A program made the position numbers and the translations under genes. This document shows, piece after piece, positions 12,176 to 22,896 of a stretch of 64,000 bases of DNA. Source of the DNA: Narcine bancroftii. Its lineage: Eukaryota. The notes under the pieces were generated by a model, which did not search any database, was not told where the DNA came from, and saw only the letters and a program-made list of their open reading frames with translations. The stretch spans positions 73,904,001-73,968,000 of the forward strand of contig NC_091481.1 in NCBI RefSeq assembly GCF_036971445.1. The letters run 5' to 3'. Each line of letters starts with the position of its first letter. Positions within the stretch are counted from its first letter, which is position 1.

Positions 12176-13790
12176 TCAGGTCAAGTTTAATGTCATCTGA
12201 TTGTACAAGTACAACCTGATGAAACAGCGTTCTACGGTCTGTGGTGCAAAACACACAAGGCACACAATGAGGCAGATCGCATGGATAGACAAAAAATACA
12301 TATGTGGGACAAGAATTCTATCTATAAAAATAAATAACTAAATATTGTTTTTTACCTATGAGAATCTCAGATGGTTAGTGTGCACAGTTCCTTTAGTCGT
12401 TCAGCATTCTCACTGCCCATGGGAAGAAGGTGTTCCTTAGCCTAGTGGTGCTGGCTTTGATACTCCTGCAGTTTAAACTTGACAGGAGCAGCTAAAATAT
12501 GCTGTGTGCAGGGTGGAAGGGATCATCAGTGATTTTGTGCCACCTCTTCAGACCATCCCAGTAGATCACGTTAGTGTGAGGGATGGGGGGAACACACAAG
12601 TGATCGTTTCTGCCACTTTTAAGGTCCTGTGGATTAACCTCCATTCCATTTCTATGCAGCAACCATACCACACTGTGATGAAGCTGGCCAGGACACACTC
12701 GATAGAGCTCCTGTAGAAGGTTGACATAATGGTGGCCGGAGGCCTTGCCTGCTTTAGAATTCTCAGAAAGTGCAGTCGCTGTTGCACCTCACGGCCAAGT
12801 AAAGACATGATGAGTGTCCAATTTAGGTCATTAGTTAAGTGAACTCCAAGGAACTTGGTGTTCGCCACTCTGTCTACTACAGAGTTGTTGATGTAGTGAA
12901 GGGTGGTTTTTCCTGGTTCTCCTGAAATACATGATCATCTCCTTTGTCTTGTCCACGTTGAGACTCAAACCATTTCATGAGAGTTTCCTCCTCTTCTCCG
13001 TAGTGTTACAAGAGGTAAACTTTAATTCAAAATTCCGCCCCCCCCCCCCCCACCTTTTATAATATTGCCCACTGGTTACTATGCAAATTTATATTACGGC
13101 ATAAAACTAATAAATTCCACAGCCTAAATATAACATATGTAATTAAAGTCTAAGTTATATTTCCAACCAGCCCACAGAAAAAACTTAGACACAATACAAA
13201 GACAAAACAAACAAGACTCACAAAACTTCAAACTCAACCGAAGCAAAGCTCAGAAACTAAATTTAGTTTTTTTGGTAAACTGAAGCCAAAAGATCTTAGA
13301 GGGCACAAAATTCGAAGTATTACTTGCAGAGAGAGGAACCACAGGCTTGGTCCGGATCCTTCTGGCTGCCTTTGAAATGATTCATCCTTTTTGAAATCCC
13401 AACATTCTAAACTGTCCTGCAGACCATGACCATGTCTGGGCCTTTTTCCACTCCACAACAACACCCAGTGGTGGTTTATTGTCCAAGTCCAGAATTTTTT
13501 TTCTTTTTCAATTCCTTCAGAGTCTGTCTCCCACTCTCTCAAGCAGTCCACCTTCACCTTGGCTCTGGCCCTCTAAGCCAAACTGTCACTTTTTAACATA
13601 AAACCACACAACACATAGGCCAATACACAACACAGAACTCTGTAACAGTGGCGTGATTTATAATTATTGCTGATGAGGCCAACGACTGCTGTGTTGTCTG
13701 CAAACTTGATGACACTGTTGGAGCTGGATCTGGGGATTCAAATATGGGTCAGTCGCGTGAACAGGAGTGGGCTGAGCACACAGCCCTGAG
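12176..13790 (-). mobile_element. Rex1/Babar LINE 3' part, interrupted by solo LTR-C; repeated in all four units
   Basis: FLGVHLTNDLNWT..QQRLHFLRILK..FYRSSIECVL..ITVWYG. PQGCVLSPLLF/KFAD-type RT motifs at 13660-13790. Confidence 0.85.
13004..13647. mobile_element. Solo LTR (family C); copies at 21296-22478, 30128-30844 and 38829-39407
   Basis: TGTTACA...TGTAACA termini with gtag/gtgg flanks. Interrupts the Rex1 RT. Confidence 0.8.
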
Positions 13791-14065
13791 GTGAAAAATA
13801 TCATAACTAATGTCCACATCTCAAAGTCATTGCAATTTTCAGTCTAGGGTTTCACAATCCTTCAATTTCACTAATTAAGCTCAGTGTCACGGAGCAATTT
13901 AATGTGGCTGATGTAATCCATTCATTATATTATTGAAATGGTCTATTTTTAACTCTATTGAAACCTCACAGTCCCTGTGGAAATCCCACATAGTATAAAT
14001 ACTCCAAAACAGTTCATCTAGAAAGTTTGATTCAGAGTAATTGCCCGCAGAATAAAGGGCAGAAA
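13790..14065 (+). promoter_or_regulatory. Putative GPCR proximal promoter with TATA box at 13994 (copies: TATA at 22825, 31191, 39754)
   Basis: TATAAATA lies 72 nt before the ATG. This is the only non-TE sequence upstream of the gene and is near-identical in all four copies. Confidence 0.6.
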
Positions 14066-16504
14066 ATGCTGGAAACATATTACGAGGTCGAGAAGATATT
14101 GTATGTTATCATTTCCGTCATTGGAGTTCCTGGTAAGTGAGTGGGACAATTTCAGTTCTGTAACTGTGCGCTTCCCGGACCTGATCGACTGATATTCATG
14201 TCACATAGCTTATTTCAACAGTTTGGAGTGGACCAAATTTCATAGGAGCAGATATAGGTTCTTCAGCTCAACGAGTCTGCCCCGCCATTCAATCATGAGC
14301 TCAGCCCCACTGCACAGCCTTCTCCCCATAACTTTTAACCTGTCTATTCAAGAACCTATCAATGTCTTCCTTACATACAAATCCAGTGACCTAACCTCCA
14401 CAACTGCCTACGGCAACAAATTCCACAGATTTACTACCCTCTGACTGAAGAAATTCCTCTGCATCTCTGTTCTAAGCGGACGCCCTTCAATCCTGAATCC
14501 TTCAACTCTCCTTCCATGGGAAACAACTTTCTGCATCTCCTCTGTCCACGTCTTGCAACATTCAAAACGTTTCATCCATTCTCCTAAATTCCAATGATAC
14601 AGGTCAAAACGGTCAAATGCTCCTCAGATGATCACTCTTCCATTCCTGGAATCATCCTTGTGAACCTCCTTTGAACCCTCTCCAATGTCAGCACATCCTT
14701 TCATAAGTAGGGAGCCCAAAACTTCGCACCATATTCCAAGCGGGGTCTCACCAGTGCCTTGTAAAGCCTCAACATCACATCCCGGCTCTTCTATTCTATT
14801 CCCCTCGGATCGAAAACAATAACCTGGGTTATTAATCCTGAAACATCACTGTATTTCTTTCCTCTTGCCAACAGACAAAACATCTCCTTTTTGTAGCAAC
14901 ACAAGAGAAACGTTGTGTCAAGAGGCACTGTGCATCGAGTTGTAACAGAGCTCGGGACAGGCAGCATTCAGAAAAGGTGTGCGGGGAGGGTTTGATATTG
15001 TGAAGTTGGATGTTTTTGAGTATCAGAGTGAAGACTTGATCCTGTGGTCACGGTGCACTCTGGATTCTGCCCCAGTTGGAAACCGCTGTCTGTCTGTGAA
15101 CAATTGTGATAGATCCCGAGAACCAGTGGCTGGAGATTTGCAGGCGGGCGGTCTGGTGAAATGTGAATTAATCCATTCTGCTGTCAGATTCTAAGATGCT
15201 CTTGCCTTGTCTCTGCAACCTCCCTTGCCCCATAAGATGCTGTTTAAAGAAATCTGATAAAACACGTCTGGTCAGGGTTTTACTCAGTGAAATGGGCTTT
15301 TGCTGTTCACCCCACAGAAGTGCTTGAACCCTTCTCGCTGAAGCCAACACGAGGATCCGTGACCCACATGTCACATTTGTCACCCCTCACGTTCTTCAAA
15401 ACTGGATTTTATGTGAAAATCCATCGGGTGTTCAAAATAGGAGAATGGGTTCAGTGATGAAGGGCTCAAGCTCAAAGCGTTGCTTAAGTATCATCTTTAC
15501 TGTATAAAGTAGACTCTTTGACACCTGAGTTCCCCCCACGTTGTGTTTTTCCTTGTGTTCAATAATGCCAAATGTGCTTGATCTCACTTTCTCCAGTGAA
15601 TGTGGTGGCAATTGTGATCCTATCCCGGGGAAAGTGCGGCCTTTCCACCTGCACCACTCGCTACCTGTTGGCCATGGCAGTGTCGGATCTACTGGTCATT
15701 ATAATTGTGGTAATTTTCTACCGATTATATTATCATTATTTTCCGGTAAATTTCCAGAATAGCACCAACGTGTGCAAAGCCATTTATGCCCTGGCTTATG
15801 CAGCTGCCAACTGTTCTGTCTGGTTCACTGTTTCTTTCACTCTCGACCGTTTTGTGGCCATTTGCTGTCAGAAACTGAAGACCAAATATTGCACCAGGAC
15901 CGTTGCGGCTTTTGTTGTAGTGACCACTGGCGTCCTGCTCTGTCTGAAAAACATTCCCTTCTACTTTGCCTATCAGCCAAGATGGATCATCAACAATGTA
16001 CCGTGGCTCTGTGTACTGACAGACAGTTATTACACTGACCCAGGGTGGGTGGCATTTGACTGGCTCGATAAAGTTTTAACTCCGTTGGTTCCTTTCGCTG
16101 TAATTCTGCTGCTCAACGCTTTGACGATCCGGCACATTTTAGTGGCCAATCGTGTCCGGAAGGGGCTAAAGAATCAGAGCAAGGGGGAGAACCGCAATGA
16201 CCCGGAGATGGAGAGCAGAAGGAGGTCTGTGGTTTTACTTTTCATGCTCTCCGCCAACTTCATCTTCCTGTGGCTGGTGTATGTGGTAGAATTCGCCTAC
16301 TATCAGATTGCACGGAGAGGAATAGATCGGAATCATTGGGAAATCATCTTTCACGAAGCTGGATATTTACTGAGTAATTTCAGCTGCTGCACGAACGCAT
16401 TTATTTATGCAGCGACTCAGTCCAAATTCAGGGGGCAGATCAAGATCGCGGTGAAATATCCAGTCAGCTCAATGCTTCAGTTCATGAATAAAGCGGCTCT
16501 TTGA
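14066..16504 (+). CDS. GPR139/GPR142-like class A GPCR, copy 1 (exons 14066-14132 and 15597-16504; 324 aa)
   Basis: Exon 1 MLETYYEVEKILYVIISVIGVP ends g|gtaagt. The acceptor is ttctccag|tg, giving a phase-1 join that completes TM1 (GVPVN). LAMAVSDLL, DRF, ECL cysteines, NAFIY and seven hydrophobic segments are present. Confidence 0.92.
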
Positions 16505-17134
16505 CTTGACCCAGCGGTGACCACATGACCCCATCCTGGTCTCCGCTTCCTGAAATTCACCCCAAAGTTCAGGTGCTTTCCTGGGTGGGACCATCAGCTC
16601 CGGACGTTTCCACGCTCACAATAACGCTCTCACCCTATTGCTTTCCAGATCGTGGCGAGGTTCAAGCCGTCTTTGCCAAAATGACAATCATCTCCCTTCT
16701 CCGACGGCTAAAGGAACCCTTAACCCCTGACCTTTCAAATGCCACCCTCTACCCGAGTCTCCCATGGTCATTGAGAAGCTGTGGGGAATGATAGCGACAT
16801 TCGACTACCGTCAGTCGGCGTCTGTGACGCTCCACTCCTGATGTTTCAATGTCGATATTGCAGAGTAAAAAGAAATCGAGTCGGCCAGCTGGGCCCGCAA
16901 CCCGGATCTGATTTTCAGTCACGGCCAACACACTCAAGCTTCAAATCCCACGTGGCTTAACAATTGTCTGTTTCTCTCAAACGTTGCTGCTTCTTCCAAT
17001 TTCGCCTCCATGGTAACCATTACCATACATTCTATGAGAGGCTATTTACAGGCACCTTGATTTAAAATGTTTGCTTTGTTCAAAATTCCCCTAATTGCTG
17101 AACGATATCTTCCCTGTCTGGCAGGTCCTTGTAT

Positions 17135-18185
17135 AACCATATAACAATTACAGCACGGAAACAGGCCTTTTTGTCATTTCTAGTCTACACCGAACCAAGT
17201 CCTCTCCTCTCGTCCCATCGACCAGCACCTTGCCCAGAACTCTCTATTCCCCTCCCATCCATATACCTATCCAATTTTCCTTAAATGACAAAATAGACCC
17301 TGCCGCCGCTACTACTCCCTGAAGCTCATTCCTCACAGCACCACTCTCTGAGAGAAGAATTTCCCTCTCATGATACTTCTAAACTTTTCCCCCCTTAACT
17401 CTTAACTCATGACGTCTTGTTTCAATCTCTCCCACTCTCAATGGAAAAAGCCTATCCACAACAATTCTATCTCATAATCTTAAATACCTCAATCAAATCC
17501 TCTCTCAACCTTCTGTGCTCCAAGGAATAAAGACCAAAGCTGTTCAATCTTTCTTTGCAATCTAGATTCTGAAACCAAGGTAACAATTTCATAAATCTTC
17601 TCTGCACTTTTTCTACCTTGTTGATATCCTTCCTATAATTCGGTGACCAGAATTGCACACAGAATTCCAAATATGGCTTCACCAATCCCTTGAACAGTTT
17701 CAACATGACTTCACAATTCCTGTATTCTATGCTTTGATTTATATAGGCCAGCATACTAAAAGCCGCCTTCACCGCCCTATCTACAAGAGATTCTACTTTT
17801 AAGGAACGATAAGCCATTATTCCTAGATCTTTCTGCTTGACTGCATTTCTCAATGCCCTCCCAGTTACTATGTATATCCTGTGTTGATTATTCCTTACAA
17901 AATCAATCACTTCATATTTATCAGCATTAAACTCCATCTGCCATCTTTCAGCCCACTGTTCTAAGCAGCCCAAATCCCTCTGCAATCTTTTATAACCTTC
18001 TTCATTATCTACAATTCCACCTATTTTAGTTTCATCCACATATTTACCAATCCAATTTACCACCCCATCATCCAGATCATTCATGTAAATGACAAACATG
18101 AAGGGACCCAATAGAGATCTCTGAGGCACACCGCTTGTTACCGACCTCCAGTCTGACAAACAGTTATCCACTTGACTAGACTCTC
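17135..18185 (-). mobile_element. CR1 LINE 3' fragment; copies at ~25955-27000, ~34345-34862 (internally deleted) and ~42907-43945
   Basis: ORF 17467-18171 VTSGVPQRSLLGP..WQMEFNADKY..FWSPNYRKDI. The tail matches the CR1 ending at 61745. Confidence 0.92.
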
Positions 18186-18189
18186 TGGT

Positions 18190-18560
18190 GTGTTTCCATA
18201 AGATCCCATCATTCTTTTAAACCCCACAGAGTACATATCCAAGCTTTTATCCAACGACATTTATTGAGATGAGAGGCAATTCGGCGCCTGCCAAAATTTC
18301 CATTTCAATGACCATTCCCATACTGGTATAACCGTCCTGGCTTCACCCATTAAGAGCGTGGGTCCAAATGTAATATTGAGGAACAGCACATCACGTTTCC
18401 TGGTGGACACCCAATGCTATGAATATCCTTGGTCACCTATACTTTGGTCTGATTACACGATTCTGATCTATTTGCCTATTTGTTTTCTCTCTGTCTAAAA
18501 TCCCATCACAGTTTTGTTTCCCTTTACCCAGCTCTCCTCATTTGCGACCATCTGTCTACC
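18190..18560 (+). mobile_element. Decayed Penelope-like GIY-YIG C-terminal fragment (present in each unit)
   Basis: catttcaatgaccattcccatact..gaggaacagcacatcacgtttc resembles HFN..SH..EEQHLIF, also seen at ~45880-45980. Confidence 0.55.
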
Positions 18561-19420
18561 ACGCTATGGTCGTTTATCCCTTCCCAGCTTCTCACCCCAA
18601 TGTGAATGCTGGTGCAACGAGCTACAATGTGTCTGCATATTGTTTTTTCCTGATCTCCTCTCCCCAGCCTCATTCTCTGGCGATCACCAGTGTTTGTCAT
18701 CCCTCCTTCATGTTAATGAATCCGTGATCGTTTTGATATGACGTGAGTTTCCCCGCAAAAAAAAGATATATTTCCAATCACCTCGTTTGTCTTTCGCTGC
18801 TTATTCCTGATAAACCAAATACCAATGATCTCTCCAAACATTTTGTATCATGTAGGTTTATATGTTGTTAACCATGTGCTCTTCAGCTGACTGACGGAAC
18901 CCATCTTTCTTGTCAGGATGATTTGTTATTTGCTGAGGTCTTAGCGAGTGATCTGCCACTGATCATCTGCTGTCTGTCTCTTGGATTGCTTTGTCAGCTC
19001 ACTTCAGATGGTCCCATCTTCAAACCACTGGATGCCCCCTTGAATATGCCGAGTGCCTGGCTTTGAGTGGTGATGTTCAGCCTCAGGCTGATTCTGGTTT
19101 TTGGCCACATTATGGTCATTCTTACCAGGGTATCCTGAACATCACCATTAATCTTCTTCACACGAAGAATTCTGACATTGTAGGGTCAAGGATCACATTC
19201 TGCTGGAGATGTCATGGAGTAAAAACTATAACTAATAAAAAAAAATACCTTCGAGGATAAAAAAAAAAGCGGGCTGTCTTAAACAGCAGTTCCTCACAAA
19301 AATGTTTGTTGAGGAATGTTGGTCTTCATGTCATGATGATGTTAGTCCAGATATGCTCTCCAGCATCTTAAACCTTATCCATGTAGGAAAGGTTCACTGG
19401 ATTGAGTCGTGGGACATTAG

Positions 19421-19851
19421 GACATCCGCCCTACCTGATGTGTTAATGGTGTTCTGTATCAGGCAGCCATGGACTGTTTGACCTGCTAAATTTATATGTG
19501 ATCAATTTGTTGCCAGAAACTCAAAACAAAATATTGCACTGGGAGAACTGTGGCTGTGGTTCTGACATCAACAGGCATTCTGCTCTTGAATAAAACAAGT
19601 CACTCAATTTAACACCAACCATAATTATCAGCAATACACCGTGGTTCGTTAAAATTTAACCAGGTTATTTTAGTGATCCGAGGTGGGTGGATTTGATTGG
19701 TTCGATACTGTATCACTCATCCCGCTGCTGCTGAATGCCCTGACACAGTGTAGTGGTCGGTCAAGGTGCTGCGGGTTGGGTTGTAGAGCGAAGGGAGAGC
19801 CAGAGATGCTGAGCTGGAGGGAGGTCTGTGGTTTTACTCTTCACCATCTCC
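19421..19851 (+). pseudogene. Degenerate GPR139-like GPCR pseudogene (TM3-TM6), unit 1
   Basis: Collinear remnants VLYQAAMDC, FICDQFVA, CQKLKTKYCTGRTVAVVLTSTGILL, IISNTPWF, YFSDPRW, FDWFDT, LLLNALT, PEM and RSVVLLFTIS, with stops and frameshifts. Confidence 0.88.
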
Positions 19852-21703
19852 TGTTCCTGAGGTGTGACAGAGTATATCGACATGTTTTTGGGAGATAATT
19901 TGGGAAAGGTTTGTTAGAGTTGGCCATTATAAACACTTTAAAACAGATCTGATTTGAAATACTGGACCTCTGCTAATACTAGACATATGGGCTCCACAGC
20001 ATTTGCAAGAGCTTTGGGAAGTGCCCAAGAGACTTCACTAATGGATTGTTGGTTATGAAAAGGCAACAGATGAAAGATCTTGTTGAAGCCACCTTCTATC
20101 TGGGAAGGAACTTGCTGTTCTAAGAGGGTCATGTGGTTTTGCAAGCAGAGGATTAAAGTTGAGGGAAAATGTGTTGAGAAAGATAGATAATTTTCCAGAG
20201 GATAGATCTGTTGAATTGCAATTGGAGTTGGAGAAATTGAGAGTGGAAGAGGAAAGAGAGAAATGGAATTTTGAGTTGCAGAGACAACAATATGAGGCTG
20301 AAAAACAGAGGAAATAGGTACTGAGCCCCGATCTGAAGCTTTGCACGTACCGTTAATCTACCTGTGCTTCGAGCAATAAAGCCCCATCATTTATATCCCC
20401 TTGCAATAACACATATCTCCCTCTTGGCAACATTGTCGTCATTCTTCTCTGCACACTCAAGCCTGACGAGATCTTTACTGCAGAAAGTCAAGTTTAATGT
20501 CATCTGATTGTACAAGTACTGCCTGATGAAACAGCGTTCTCCGGTCCGCAGTGCAAAACACACAAGGCACACAATGAGGCAGATCGCATGGATAGATAAA
20601 AAATACATATGTGGTACAAGAATTCTATCTATAAAAATAAATAACTAAATATTGTTTTTTCCCTATGAGAATCTCAGATGGTTAGTGTGCGCAGTTCCTT
20701 TAGTCGCTCAGCATTCTCACTGCCCATGGGAAGGTGTTCCTTAGCCTAGTGGTTCTGGCTTTGATACTCCTGTAGATTTTCCTTGATATGAGCAGCTAAA
20801 ATATGATGTGTGCAGGGTGGAAGGGATCCTCAGTGATTTTGTGCCCCCTCTTCATATCATCCCGGTAGATCATGTCAGTGTGGGGGATGGGGGAACACAC
20901 AAGTGATCGTTTCTGCCACTTTTAAGGTCCTGTGGATTAACCTCCATTCCATTTCTCTGCAGCAACCGTACCACACTGTGATGCAGCTGGCCAGGACACA
21001 CTCAATAGAGCTCCTGTAGAAGGTTGACATAATGGTGGCTGGTAGCCTTGCCTGCTTCAGAATTCTCAGAAAGTGCAGTCGCTGTTGCACCTCCCGATAT
21101 GGTGAGTGTCCAAGTTAGGTCATTAGTTAAGTGAAGTCCAAGGAACTTGGTGATTGCCACTCTGTCTACTACAGAGTTGTTGATGTAGTGAAGGGTGGTT
21201 GATCTTGGTTCTCCTGAAATACACACTCATCTCCTTTGTCTTGTCTGCATTGAGACTCGAACCATTTCACGAGAGTTTCCACCTCTTCTCTGTAGTGTTA
21301 CAAGATCAAACCAGCAACCACAAAGAAGGTATATCACACAGGAGTAAAGATGAACAATTACTTTATTATCAAAATTTCACTTTCAAATTTTAATTCAAAA
21401 TCCCCCCCCCCCCCTTTTATAGCATTGCCCACTGGTCACTATGCAAATTTCTATTACAGTGTAAAACTACTAAATTCCCCAGCCTAAATAAAGTCTAAGT
21501 TATATTTCCAACCAGCCCACAGATAAAACTTAGACACAATACAAAGACAAAACACACACAAGACTCACAAAACTTTGAACTCAACCGAAGCAAAGATCAT
21601 AAACAAAATTCAATTTGTTTGGTAAACTGAAGCCAAAAGATCTAACAGAGAGGGAGATAGAGAGAGAGAGAGAGAGCACAAATTCGAAGTGTTGCTTGCA
21701 GAG

Positions 21704-22138
21704 TGTTATAGATAGAGAATTTGGGTTAAAAAGGGTTTACGTTAAAATGTGATGATTAGTCATAAAAGGGGGCTAACCACTAGAGTTTAGCTGGAAAATG
21801 TTACAACAGACTTGCAACAGATTTAACTACAGAGAGACATGCAGGAGCCAAAGATTGATAAAGAGTGAAAAACAGAATTTGGTGTGAGCAGAGGTCATGA
21901 AGGATCGTGGTGTGCGTGACTATCAGTAATCAGGATGATTCTGCAAAAACTAACCAATTGAAGCAGTGTAGTGGAGATGCCGAAGGACAAGCAAATTGTA
22001 TAAAAAACAATGCACTGTATGTATCGGGGCTTGACTTGGCAAGAAGCCGGTTGAGTCCAACTCTGCAGACTTGTGAATAAAGCTTGTCGTGTCACCGATC
22101 TTAAAGAGACTCATTTGTGAGAATTTGTGTTTCTGACA
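21704..22138 (+). mobile_element. Solo LTR (family D), unique to unit 2
   Basis: TG...CA termini, perfect 5-bp TSD cagag, TATA-like tataaaa and AATAAA. The site is empty in the other units. Confidence 0.9.
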
Positions 22139-22896
22139 CAGAGAGAGGAACCACGGGCTTGGTCTGGATCCTTCTGGCTGCCTTTGGAATGATTCATCCT
22201 TTTTGAAATCCCAACATTCTAAACTGTCCTGCAGACCATGGCCATGTCTGGGCATTTTTCCAATCCACAACACCACCCAGTGGTGGTTTATTGTCCAAGT
22301 CCAGAAATTTTTTTCTTTTTCAATTCCTTCAGAGTCTGTCTCCCACTCTCTCAAGCACTCCACCTTCACCTTGGCTCTGGCCCTCTAAGCCAAACTGTCA
22401 CTTTTTAACATAAAACCACACAACACATAGGCCAATACACAACACCTAGGCCAATACACAACACAGAACTCTGTAACAGTGGCGCGATTTATAATTATTG
22501 CTGATGAGGCCAACGACTGCTGTGTTGTCTGCAAACTTGATGACACTGTTGGAGCTGGATCTGGGGATTCAAATATGGGTCAGTCGCGTGAACAGGAGTG
22601 GGCTGAGCACACAGCCCAGAGGTGAAAAATATCGTAACTAATGTCCCCATCTCAAAGTCATTGCAATTGTCAGTCTAGGGTTTCACAATCCTTCAATTTC
22701 ACTAATTAAGCTCAGTGTCACGGAGCAATTTAATGTGGCTGATGTAATCCATTCATTATATTATTGAAATGGTCTATTTTTAACTCTATTGAAACCTCAC
22801 AGTCCCTGTGGAAATCCCACATAGTATAAATACTCCAAAACAGTTCATCTAGAAAGTTTGATTCAGAGTAATTGCCCGCAGAATAAAGGGCAGAAA

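Noticed and set aside
15572-15596. ORF-track start MCLISLSP as the GPCR N-terminus (also in the other copies)
   Set aside because: It is the intron's pyrimidine tract and acceptor. TM1 is completed only by the upstream 67-nt exon, and copy 4 has an indel just upstream.
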